64,000 nt of DNA. Source: Folioceros fuciformis. Lineage: Eukaryota. Every line of letters starts with the position of its first letter. Position 1 is the first letter of the stretch. Under the pieces are notes generated by a model. That model was not told the DNA's origin. It saw nothing but the letters and a program-made list of their open reading frames with translations, and did no database searches. The stretch is from assembly GCA_049999805.1 (NCBI GenBank), contig JBNGIO010006282.1, positions 126,921-190,920 on the forward strand, written 5' to 3'. Positions 37,315-48,452 of this stretch are shown here, in pieces. The position numbers and the translations under genes were made by a program.

Positions 37315-40047
37315 TCAACCAGCCACCATGCGAATTGGTTCATATCCACACTCCTTCCTGAGATCCGTGAAGAGTGTCCTCAGTGCGGCATACGTTTGCT
37401 TGCGTTCAGGGTGGTGCGAATCCTCGACCAGGAACGTGTGGACCCTACCGTCGACAGCCATCCGGGTACAGCCAGGCTCCTTCTTTGCATCGGCTTTCTG
37501 CATCATGTTCCTGATCTTCGCTCTTTCATCCCACCTGCCAGTAGCAGCATACATGTCTGCCAGAAGGACATATGCAGCAGCATTTGTTGGATCAAGGCTG
37601 AGTATGGCCGCAAATGAACGAACTCCCATCTCTACATTACCGTAGGTCCTACAAGCCCCAAGCAAGGACATCCACATGACAGTATTGCCACTCAATGATG
37701 GCAGTTCACTGATGAGATGTTCTGCTGCTTCCAATTGTCCTGCTCGCCCAAGCAGGTCAACTATACAGGTATGATGTTCTAATTCCGCTGAAACACCGTA
37801 ATCCGGAGTCATGGATCGGTACAATTGCATGCCCTCATCCACTAATCCGGCGTGGCTGCACGCTGAAAGTAATGAGACAAAGGTGATTCTGTTAGGTCGC
37901 AACCCATGACATTGCATTTCATTAAAGAGGTTCAGAGCCTCCTGACCACCTCCATGCTGTGCATATCCCCCAATCATGGCATTCCATGACACCAAATTTC
38001 GTATTGGCATTCTGTCAAACACTTTGAGCGCATCTGCCAAACTCCCACAGTTGGCATACATGTCAATGAGAGTGTTACCAACCACCAAAATTGACTCAAG
38101 GCCCCTATCCAGAATGTAATCATGGAGGAACTTGCCCTGATCCAGAGTTGCTATGCTGGAGCATGCTTTGAGGATGCTAACGACAGTAATTGTGTCAGGT
38201 TGTATTCCTTCTGCTTGCATCCGCTGAAAGAGGTCAACTGCTCTCTGTCCATACCCATGCCTAGCCAATCCCACAATTATGGAGTTCCAAGTCACCACCT
38301 CTCTGTTGGGCAGTCTCTGGAATACACACAGGGCATCGTCTAGATTCCCACATTTGACGTACATGTCGATGAGGGTGTTGCAAACATCTGCATCAGATTC
38401 CAGGTTGCTCCTTGTGATTTGACCGTGGACCAGCTTGCCCTGGTCCACAGCTGCTATGCTTGAACAGGCTTTCAGGATGCTGATGAGAGTGACCTTATTT
38501 GGATGCATCCCTGTCCTCTGCATGTCTTCAAAGAGTTCAAGGGCTGCATTACCATTCTCCACCTGGGCATATCCTGCAATCATGGCACTCCACGAAACCA
38601 GATCCTTTGACTTAAGTTTGTCGAATACATTACGAGCATCCTCCAGGCTCCCACACTTAGCATACATGTTCACAAGAGAGTTTCCAAGGGTAACATCCCA
38701 CTCGTCAGAAGATTCTTTGATGTAGGCATGCACTAACTTGCCTACATCCAAAGCTGCTCTATTTGAGCACACTCTCAAGACGCTGAGAAGAGTGGCCCGG
38801 TCTGGTTGGAGACCCTCGAGCTGCATGTCCTGGAATAGTTGCAGGGCCACCTGGGCATCTCCACTGTGGGCATAACCCGCAATCATTGACGTCCAAGTCA
38901 CCTTGTTTTTGGCTGGCAATTTGTCGAACTGTTTGCGTGCATCCTCAAGACACCCGCACTTAACATACATGTCGATAAGGGTGCTGCTGATAAAAACATC
39001 TGCTTCAGAATTAGTCTGTCTCGCATAAGCGTGAAGTAGCTTGCCTTGTTCAAGGGCTGATGTTCGAGAGCAAGCTTTCAGAACGCTGACCAGTGTGATA
39101 TGATTCGGAAGCAATCCCTCCTTTAACATCTGCAGATAGAGTTGAAGTGCTACTCGAGCATCCCCATGCTGCGCATAGGCTGAAATAATAGAAGTCCACG
39201 TCACCAGATCCTTCGTATCCAGTCCCTCGAACACTTTGTGGGCATCTTCTAGGCTGCCACTTTTAGCGTACATGTCGACAAGTGCACTGCCAACGAACAG
39301 ATCTTTTTCCAACCCACTTGCCCTGATATGAGCATGGTGCATTCTACCCTGATCTATATCTCTTACACTGGTGCATGCTTTCAACACGCTTATGAACATG
39401 GCCTTGTCCGGCTTCAGGCCTTCCTTTTGCATTTGCTGGCAGAGTTGGAGTGCATCCAGACCCATGCCATTATGAACATATCCTGCAATCATAACCTTCC
39501 ATGACACCATACTCCTTGCTGGCAGCCTGTCAAAAACACCTCGTGCATCTTCCAGGCTTCCACACTTAGCATACATACCAATCAGACTGTTGCTCACATA
39601 TGTACTTGACTCAAACCCACAGCCAACCACATGAGCATGAATCAACCTGCCTTCGGCCAGTGCTGCTGTGCTAGCACAAGCTTGCAGCGCAGCTACAAAG
39701 ACATAGTCGTTCGGGTGAGTACCTGCATCCAGCATCTGATGATAAAGCATGATAGCCTCTCCAGCCATACCCTGCTTGCCATGTGCAGAGATTATGGTTG
39801 CCCACGACGACACGCTCGATGCAGGCAACCTCCTGAACACCTGATCTGCCTCCGCCAAACTACCACAAGCTGCATACATCCGGATCAGGAGGTTCCCCAG
39901 AAAAATCTCTCCACCATGACCTGCTCTGGATATCAGGGCATCGACTTGCCTGCCTAGAGCTAGATCCATCCTCTCAGCGCACCCCTGAAGAAGGCAGACA
40001 AACGACTGCATAGAGTGTTGATGGAACAACGGAATCATGATCCGCAT
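37315..40047 (-). CDS. PLS-class PPR protein with E1/E2 and PG box (E+ type, no DYW deaminase); candidate organellar RNA-editing factor
   Basis: Intronless 910-aa ORF of 101-aa P-L-S triplets, then ACSHAGLVDEG, CIVDLLGRAG, KKEPGCT...VHTFLVED and GYEP before the stop. No HxE/CxxC. Confidence 0.95.
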   Translation of the reverse strand: MRIMIPLFHQHSMQSFVCLLQGCAERMDLALGRQVDALISRAGHGGEIFLGNLLIRMYAACGSLAEADQVFRRLPASSVSSWATIISAHGKQGMAGEAIMLYHQMLDAGTHPNDYVFVAALQACASTAALAEGRLIHAHVVGCGFESSTYVSNSLIGMYAKCGSLEDARGVFDRLPARSMVSWKVMIAGYVHNGMGLDALQLCQQMQKEGLKPDKAMFISVLKACTSVRDIDQGRMHHAHIRASGLEKDLFVGSALVDMYAKSGSLEDAHKVFEGLDTKDLVTWTSIISAYAQHGDARVALQLYLQMLKEGLLPNHITLVSVLKACSRTSALEQGKLLHAYARQTNSEADVFISSTLIDMYVKCGCLEDARKQFDKLPAKNKVTWTSMIAGYAHSGDAQVALQLFQDMQLEGLQPDRATLLSVLRVCSNRAALDVGKLVHAYIKESSDEWDVTLGNSLVNMYAKCGSLEDARNVFDKLKSKDLVSWSAMIAGYAQVENGNAALELFEDMQRTGMHPNKVTLISILKACSSIAAVDQGKLVHGQITRSNLESDADVCNTLIDMYVKCGNLDDALCVFQRLPNREVVTWNSIIVGLARHGYGQRAVDLFQRMQAEGIQPDTITVVSILKACSSIATLDQGKFLHDYILDRGLESILVVGNTLIDMYANCGSLADALKVFDRMPIRNLVSWNAMIGGYAQHGGGQEALNLFNEMQCHGLRPNRITFVSLLSACSHAGLVDEGMQLYRSMTPDYGVSAELEHHTCIVDLLGRAGQLEAAEHLISELPSLSGNTVMWMSLLGACRTYGNVEMGVRSFAAILSLDPTNAAAYVLLADMYAATGRWDERAKIRNMMQKADAKKEPGCTRMAVDGRVHTFLVEDSHHPERKQTYAALRTLFTDLRKECGYEPIRMVAG

Positions 40048-40404
40048 GTTGCAGTAATTTAGTCCGTTCTAACAGCAGAGTGTGTTTTCTGCATTTCGTC
40101 TTCTTCTTCCGTCTCTCTGCAACGTCGGATGCCACTTCTGCACAGTCAAGATGCCATTGAAAGAAGTTTTGTGATGCGCAAAGCAAGACGGCTGCCTCTA
40201 TCGCGGAGTGACCACTGCAGTCTCTGTTGATTCTGTCTCTAGGTCGAGGAAGCCTTGCATCACCTGTGCATCAATGACTGGATCTTGTACATTCAACTTC
40301 AATAGCATCATGAGAAATTGCGGACATATTTGCCAATCTAGACTTGCTCTTTGCACGATGCGACTACTTCATGTTGCTAGTGCGATGATTGACAGGGCCT
40401 CAAT

Positions 40405-43400
40405 TCACTGGCTGGTGCTTAAACCTACGATGCTGAAATTCGGAGTTCGTAACAGTTGTCGTATTCCATCCCGGCAGGGTCGTCTTATTCTTCGTGGCCG
40501 ACACAAATTTTGTGGCAGTTGGATTGTCAACACAGAGCAGACCAGGTTTTCACATTGATTATAGGTTACAATGAGTTCACAACCACGCTGGGGTTTTCCT
40601 CGGGAGTACGTGTTTTTGCATGCAGGATGGTCCGCTTCTTCTGTGTCGGTATACTCCTTTAAATCATGAGCCACCTCTAAGGCTGAAGAGTTCACACGTT
40701 GCCCATCCCCCTCCTTCTTCCTCTCGAAAGGTAGCTGCTGCGGTTCTGCTTGACCTCGGGTCAGCATCTCATCCCCGGCCAGAAAGCTATGCACAATTCC
40801 ATCCTTATCTGTCCACCAGCTCTGACCTGTCTGTTTCCTTGCCCTGATCTGGTTCCTGCTCTCCTGCATCTTCTCTGCCTGCTCCCACATCTGGGCAGTG
40901 TTGTAGATGTTCGACATCAACACGTAAGCTGCAAAATCCTTGGTGTCTAACTTCACTGCTTCACGGAAAGCAGGGAGTCCTACCTCCGCATTGTTCCACT
41001 TCCGACAAGCGCCCAAGAGTGTGCGCCAAACTGGAGCATTGGGAAGTACAGGCATGGTTCTCACTAAAGCTAGTGCTTCATCCAGATGTCCTGCACGACC
41101 CATGATATCTACCATGCATGTGTAGTGCTCATTTGTGGGTGTGATGCCGTAGTCTGTGCTCAAAGCCTGGAAGTACTCTTTTCCCTTGCTGACTAGACCT
41201 GCATGACTGCACACTGTGAGCACACTGAGAAGTGTGACCCCAACTGCCTGTACGCCGTCCTCTTTCATACTTTCGACCAAGTCGAAAACCATTTTGTTGT
41301 CTCCTTGGCAGGTGTACCCTGCAATCAGTGCATTCCAGGCGACGGCGTCCCTTTTGTTCAATCCATCAAACACTTTCTGTGCATCAACCATGCTCCCGGA
41401 CTTCCCATACATGTTGATCAGACAGTGAGCTACAAACCCATCAGATTCAAGCCCTAGTTCTGCAACCCGTGCGTGGAGCTGCCTTCCCTGGTACAAAGCT
41501 GCCAGTTTCGCACATGCCTGAAGGAGGCAAACGAATGTCAAGGCATCGGGTGTAGCAAAGTCATCTTCTTGCATAGCCCTGTAGAGACGAAGGGCTTCCT
41601 GACCCATCCCCTGCTGGGAATACCCTGCCATCAAGGCATTCCATGTCACCACATCCTTGTGGCCAAGTTGATCAAACACCGTCTGTGCATCTTCCAAGCT
41701 ACCACACCTTGCATACATGTTCACCAAGCTGTTGATCACAAACTCGTCGGCTTGATGTCCTAAATTTCTAATCTGCCCATGAAGATGCCTTCCTTTCTCC
41801 AAAGCCGGGGTACCTATGGTCGCACACGCCTGCAAGAGGCACCCAAATGTCACAGAATTGGGTGCAGTCATGCCTTCTTTTTCCAAAGCGCTATAGAGGT
41901 GCAGAGCTTCTTTGCCCATGCCCTGCTGGGCATATGCTGCTATCATGGCAGTCCATGTAACCACACTTTTCTTATCAAGTCCGTCAAAAACTCTTCGGGA
42001 ATCTTCCAAGCTGCCGCACTTTGCATACATGTTCACCAAACTGCTGGCTACAAATACATCACCTTGATGACCCTGGTTTCTAATCTGGATATGAAGCTGC
42101 TTCCCCTTCTCCAACGCCAGGGTGCCCATACTTGCACACGCCTCAAGGAGGCACACAAAAGTGACGGAATCAGGTACAGCAATGCCTTCGTCTTGCATAG
42201 CACTGTAAAGGCGGAGGGCCTCCTCTCCCATGCCCTGGTGGGAATATCCAGCTATCATAGCATTCCACGTCACCACGTCTTTCTGAACAAGTCCGTCAAA
42301 CACTGTCTGTGCATCTTCCATACTGCCGCACTTAGCATACATGTTCAACAGGCTGTTGGCTACAAACAGATCATTATCATATCCTCTGTTTCGAACCTCT
42401 GCATGAAGCTGCTTGCCCTTCTCCAACGCAGTAGTGCCCACAGTGGCACATGCCTGCAGGAGGCAAACGAATGTAACAGAATCGGGTCCAACGGTGGCAT
42501 CCTCTCGCATAGCACTGTACAGATGAAGGGCCCCCTGGCCCAGACCCCGCTGGGAATATCCTGCTATCAAGGCGTTCCACATCAGCACATCTTTCTGACC
42601 AAGTCCGTCAAACACACTCTGCGCGTCTTCCAAGTTGCCACACTTCGCATACATTGTTACCAAACTGTTGGCTACAAACACATCAGCTTGATGTCCACGT
42701 TCCCCAATTTGGGCGTGAAGATGCTTCCCCTTCTCCAAAGCCGGGGGGCCCACACTTGCACACGCCTGCAGGAGGCACACGAAAGTTACAGCATCTGGGA
42801 CAGAGATGCCTTCTTCTTCCATAGCGCCATATAGATGAAGGGCTTCATGCCCCATGCCCTGCTGGGAGTACGCTGCAATCATTGTAGTCCATGTCACCAC
42901 ATTCTTTTTTGCCAGTCCATCAAACAGTCTCTGAGCGTCTTCCAAGCTCCCACACTTTGCATACATGTTCACCAAACTACTGGCTACAAACAGATCAGCT
43001 TCAACACCTCGCTCGATAGTCTGTGCATGAATCTGCTTCCCCTTCTCCAATGCCAGGGTCCCAACACTTGCACATGCCTGCAGGAGGCAGGCAAACGTCA
43101 CAGAATTGGGTACAGCCATGCCTTCTTTTTCCATAGCACTGTACTGACGAAGCGCTTGCTGGCCCATACCCTGTTGAGAGTATCCTGCTATCATGGCAGT
43201 CCAGGTCACCACATCTTTCAGAACAAGACCGTCAAAAAGCCTCTCGGCATCTTCTAACCCACCACACTTTGCATACATGGTCACCAAACTGTTGGCTACG
43301 AACAAATCAGCTTGAAGCCCACGGTCTCTAATTTCACCATGAAGATCCTTCCCCCTCTCCAAAGCTGGGTGCCCCATACTCGCACATGCCTGCAGGAGGG

Positions 43401-44154
43401 ACACATACGTCACTGAATCAGGAATCGCCATGCTGTCCTCCTGCATAACCCTGTAGAGCCGAAAGGCTTCATCACCCTTTCCATGCTGGGAATACCCTGC
43501 AATAATTGCATTCCAAGTTACCACATTCTTCTGCCCAAGTCCGTCAAACACGCTCTGCGCGTCCTCCAAGCTGCCACACTTCGCATACATATGCACCAAG
43601 CAACAACCCACGAACAAGCCAGGCTCAGCCCCACTAGCCATCACATCAGCGTGCACCTGCTGCCCGGATCTCAGGTCTCCAGCCCTTGCACAAGCCTGAA
43701 GAGCGGTCACAAACACCTGCCCATTTGGCTTCACACTGGACCGGTACATCCGATGATACAATTCTACAGCCTGTTTGTTCTGCCCGAGCTTAACATGCGC
43801 ATGAATTATGGACCCCCACACTGAGGCATCCGGCCTGATAACCACCTCAAAGACGTCCTTGGCATCCTGCAACCTGCCAAGAGAAGAGTACATTCGCAGG
43901 ACGTGATTGCACAGGATCGTGTCCGACTCACAGCCTTTCTTGACCATTAAAGCATGCACACGCCTACCCAGAACAACATCCTTATTCACCACACATCTCC
44001 TCAAAACCGAGACAAAAAGCGATTCGGAAACACAGCTCTACAATTGCACCATAACTCCCAACACCTCCACGGCCTTATCCAGCTTGCACTCACCACATAA
44101 CTTGCTCACCATCTCAGCCCTGATGCTGTCGGAAAAACAACCAACCATGTCCAT
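40405..44154 (-). CDS. PLS-class PPR protein, E domains plus WW-type PG box, no DYW; in-frame TAG at 44038-44040 near the 5' end (possible pseudogene)
   Basis: The 1199-codon ORF 40405-44004 begins at TTG. The frame continues upstream as MDMVGCFS...KAVEVLGVMVQL*SCVSESLFVSVLRRC. The C-terminus has RKQTGQSWWTDKDGIVHSFLAGD. Confidence 0.88.
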
Positions 44155-44659
44155 ATCAAGAGCAGCCAGATGCCAACCCACCCAACCTGGCCTGTAAAAG
44201 CTTTTCAACCAGAGGACCTCATGGGACTACACGTGCCATGGTCCCCACAACGATCTCTCCTGTCGAGGGCCTTCAACAAAAAGCCCACGTCCAGGCAGTC
44301 TTCCTCTTGGGCATCCTGGCCCCCCAGCCAAGGTGCTCCACGTCCCGACTGGTTTGTGAGCCAAGTGTTGGTCCCTGTTTGTCACACGAGCATGAGCATT
44401 TCCTACAAAGCTGGTTAACCCACCATACCGTTGGGTCCATGGAGAACGCAGCAGTAACAGATCCTCGTGCCCGCTGCATGGCTCTATTCTTATGGGCCAC
44501 ACAACCATCACTCCAAAAAGCACACATTCCCAGCGACACTAGATCTCGACCCCACTACTTCGAGCAGTATCATCTGTACTTTGTCTTCACATATTTATCA
44601 CCAAATTATATAATTTCAGGTACGCCAATCTATCACATATCCTACTCCCAACTTCTCCA

Positions 44660-44907
44660 ACTTGTATCCATATCCGCTCTCACAAGCACTTTGGCAGGAA
44701 TCAGTTGCAACACTCCTACAACAACAAGACTGATGCAAAATCTTTTAAATGCGATCTTTTATTATATCATGAATGTGATTCTCTGACTTGTATCCATATC
44801 CCCTCTCACAAGCTCTATGGCAGGAATTAGTTGCAACACTCTCTGCAACAACAAGACTCATGCAAAATCTTTTGAATAAGATCTCCTATCATGTCATGAC
44901 TGTGATA
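44660..44907 (+). repeat. Two ~127-bp tandem copies
   Basis: acttgtatccatatcc.ctctcacaagc...gttgcaacactc...caacaacaagact.atgcaaaatctttt appears at 44660 and 44787. Confidence 0.9.
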
Positions 44908-44909
44908 TC

Positions 44910-46450
44910 ATGGGCAATAGAGAAAATACAAAGTAGATGACATGTGATAACCTTAAAGTTCTTGGAGTGAAATCATAGTCTTTATTTTGGAAAAGAGATG
45001 AGGAAATCATCTATCCTAGATTGGGGGAATAATCCCCTAGACGATTCAAAACTACTAGCCGCCGTTATCACTAGTTGTATAGCTTCTTATTACCCCTAGA
45101 ATCGTTATCATTAATTGTGTAGCTTCTTACTACAAATAGAATTTCATAGTCTAGGATCATACAAATGGGGTACCTATTAGCAAAGCCAAATTCGTCCCTT
45201 TATTTATGCTTGCAGCAAATGGCATACCTGTTAGCAAAGCCGAATAGGGTCACTTACTTTGTGCTTGCAGTCGTCTTACATGCATCATTTTGTTGCTTGT
45301 CTCCAAGAATTGAGGATCACAGGCTCATTTATAGAATCGTAATCAACAACAACCATGTTTGTTTTTTAACCTTAGTCCTACTTGGGCCCAAATAAATTCG
45401 TGGTCACGAGTTAATAATTTCTCGCATCACACCACACCACAGCGTACTCATAGTTATGAGACAATAATTATTCATTGCACCACCACGTGAATATTACAGC
45501 GTATTAATGGTCATGAGTTAATAATTATTCACATCACCACACCACTTGTGCAAGGATAGCTCTACTATTCTATCCATCATGATTAAGATGTATAGTATAA
45601 TGTGAATAATTATTAAGATATGTAGTATGGTCTAAATAATTATTAACTAATAATCCATATGATGAGTAGAACACACCACAACAAAATGCTTCATTGAATT
45701 GGTAACACAACCCTAGATATCAGCAAACAATTGTTAAGTGTGCTATGGCATAAATGCCTGCAAATACTCATTAAGTTATGTTAATAAGTAGAATTGGTGC
45801 AAAAAAATAAAAATACTTCATTAAGATAATTAACATCTTAAAATATAAATTCAACAAAACTAGATGTGTTACTGTAACTATATTAGGCCTTAAGTAATAA
45901 ACATGAATCCTAGTTGGAACAAGACTGAAGTAGCAAGCATAAATCCTATCTCAATATTATTTACCATAGCTAGAAACCTTGCAGCTATAAATCCTAGCTT
46001 GGTATTATCTACTATAGTTATAAGCTTGTATTCTTGTGTTGGAAATCCATTTGAGATGTTTTTTTTCTTTTGTTGAAAATCTTAGATGTGTGTGAGTAGG
46101 TAACATTGTACAAGATACATAACCTAGTAGTGGATTTGAGAAGTCAAGCTATAGTTATGAGAAGTGTGAAAGTAAGTGAAGTAAATATGTCACATTTCTA
46201 TAATAACATTATGTTGTAATAATATGCATTATAAAGAGTATGATATCTAGTAGACACAACACAATACAATCCCATTCCCAAATAAGAAGGCTAGAATATA
46301 GTCCTCTAATATATTGGACTCTATATTATGTCTCCATGAAAAATATTTCTCTTAGTGTAGATGGTAACTCCATCCACTTGAAGACCATGAAGCAACAAAT
46401 TCTCAAAATGCATGATCTTTTGGAATCTGGAATCCGATAGTTAGAAACCC
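44910..46450. repeat. AT-rich non-genic tract with several short local tandem duplications (possible decayed TE)
   Basis: A ~41-bp pair at ~45062-45132, a ~54-bp pair at ~45163-45250 and gagttaataatt..cacaccac units at ~45400-45545. No recognisable ORF. Confidence 0.5.
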
Positions 46451-46593
46451 CTATCACTAGAAGATTCCTAGAAAAGTCATCCTGCCAATAGTACCTTGAA
46501 GATCATGTTTGTCCACACTTTCTGGTAGAGCTATAAACAGTTGGTGATGACAAAAGGCTGCTACAGAATAAAGGAGAGGGGCCCATAGAAGGT

Positions 46594-46980
46594 ATGTGTA
46601 CCTTGGACACTTCTGGATAGAAGAAGAAGAAGTCGGCCAAGATCCCTGGTGGGCTTCCGGGAAGAAGAAAATGAAGAAGAACAAGGAAAGGGAGTGACAT
46701 TTTAAAAGCAAAGATGCCTTGAGAAGTCATGTGTACCTTGGACGCTTCTTGATATAAGAAGAAGAAGAAGTCGGTAAAGATCCCTTGTGGGTTTGGGGAA
46801 GAAGAAGAAGGAGAAGGTGATTGACATTTTTAAAGCAAAGATGCTTTTTGGGTTCGGTGAAGAAGAAGAAGAAGAAGAAGAGAAGAAGAAGGAGAAGAAG
46901 AAGGAGAGGAAGAAGAAGAAGAAGAAGAAGAAGGAGAAGAAGAATAAGAAGAAGAACATATTTTAAAAGCAAAGATCCCT
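46594..46980 (+). repeat. About three ~130-bp units containing expanding (AAG)n tracts
   Basis: tgtgtaccttggac.cttct.gata.aagaagaagaagtcgg..aagatccct is repeated. Each unit ends ttt(t/a)aaagcaaagat, and the third is mostly (AAG/GAG)n. Confidence 0.85.
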
Positions 46981-48075
46981 TGGGGGGCTCAAGGAGTGGT
47001 AGGCCTTGTCACATGCCTTCACAAACTTGGAAAATTCCAGCCTCATGTCCATATGGTGGTGCAGTGCAGTGCGTCTCGGGATTGAGAAAACTAATGGACA
47101 AAGATAGAGAGAATCTTGGTGACTCGGAAGGCCTTGCCATCTCCATCCTCAATCACATGGTAGACACTTGTACATGAACGCAGGTGTGGAATCTATGATC
47201 TGTTCTCTTGCACACTACAACTACAGTGGACCTTGACCTTGTAACTTCTGGCTATCGAGGTTGATACATATCTTATCTTACGCTGCAATAAAGAAAGGAT
47301 AGTTGAAAGCAAGCGAGGTGAGGATACCCCTCGGGCTACGCAGAGATGAGAAGCGTGTTTAGCAGGTGGCAGGGCGGGGTTGGGTGAGCTTGCGGCGAGG
47401 GAACGACATGCCGCATTTAAGGAGAATGAAACGCGGAACGGTTAGCACGAAAGAAGCGCAGCAGAGAAGGGAGGGGAAGGGAAGGGAAGGGCACTGTAGT
47501 GTGTTGTTGTGAATTACACGATTCACGACCGAGATCGAGGGCCGGAGGTGGAGGAGCGAGGAGCGGGGACCCAGTCCCGGCATGCAAGTCATGGCAGACA
47601 GGGCTGCGGGCAGAGGTGGGACCGAAGATAGCGCCGGGCACTCTGGCAAGTTGGCGTGCAAATAAACCGGCTGTTGCACCACGCCCCTTGGCGCCCATTG
47701 CCGGCTCTCCTGTGCGCCCCTTTGTCTGCGTTGGACGCTTGCCTCATCCTCTCTGCAGCCGCTGCCACAGTGCTCGGACGGCCGATCACGCGCCCGCCTG
47801 CCTGCCTGCCTGCGTGCGTGCCTGCCTGCAACAGTGCCGGTGAGTTTGCGGGGGTTTATAGCGCTGCGAAGCGCTCGCATTCTTCCTCCCTCTCCTCTCC
47901 TTTGCTTTGCTTTGCTTTGCTTGGCTTTGCTTGCAGTAGATCTAGAGTAGGGTTTCCGCAGCAACGGAGTCGGTGTCGGGGTCCATGCATGTCGCCTCTG
48001 ATGCCTTCTCACCATCCTAGGTTTGTGAATCAGGCGGTTCCGAGACGTGTGCCACCCGAATTCGCCCCAGTACGA

Positions 48076-48084
48076 ATGATATGA
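48076..48084 (+). promoter_or_regulatory. SAMDC tiny uORF (ATG ATA TGA)
   Basis: Its stop overlaps an ATG of the small uORF (TGATG, 48082-48086), the arrangement known from plant SAMDC leaders. Confidence 0.85.
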
Positions 48085-48236
48085 TGGCGGGAGCCGCAGG
48101 CGCCTTCCCCGCCGACGCCGATCGGTTTAGGCACCATTGCCCGCTCCGCTACCTGATTGAGGATATCCGGCCGCGTGGAGGAATTGAGAAGTTCCGCTGT
48201 GCTGCGTACACCGATTGCGGCCGGGAGCCGTCCTGA
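48081..48236 (+). promoter_or_regulatory. SAMDC small conserved-peptide uORF (51 aa)
   Basis: Translates to MMAGAAGAFPADADRFRHHCPLRYLIEDIRPRGGIEKFRCAAYTDCGREPS*. The C-terminal half matches the plant consensus PLGYSIEDVRP.GGIKKF...YSNC...PS*. Confidence 0.93.
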
Positions 48237-48452
48237 TATGGGACGCCATCTCAGAGCTGCAGGCCAAATTTTTTGAGTCTTTTTTTTGGAAGTCTGCACA
48301 GCTTGTAGATCAGCCTGCTTCTGAATCTGCTTCCCTCCTGCTGTCTCTCGTTCTCCCCTTTCTTGCCTTTCTTTTCGCTTTGTTCCCTTCCTGCCTCCAC
48401 AAAATTCCTTACTCACCAGTAGGTGGCAAGCGGGGCTTGGAATTGGTCAGGG

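Noticed and set aside
40405..40750. Cys-containing C-terminal tail of the second PPR as a cryptic DYW or KP domain
   Set aside because: No HxE(x)nCxxC or terminal DYW/GRP/DRH motif is visible.
41779..43257. Long repetitive plus-strand ORFs (351 and 140 aa)
   Set aside because: Antisense shadows of the 312-bp PPR units.
46702..47177. Poly-Arg/Lys, poly-Phe and poly-Leu ORFs
   Set aside because: Translation artefacts of the (AAG)n microsatellite.
47359..48084. GC-rich ORFs upstream of SAMDC
   Set aside because: These lie in the promoter/leader region with (GCCT)n and (CTTTG)n repeats and show no protein-like features.
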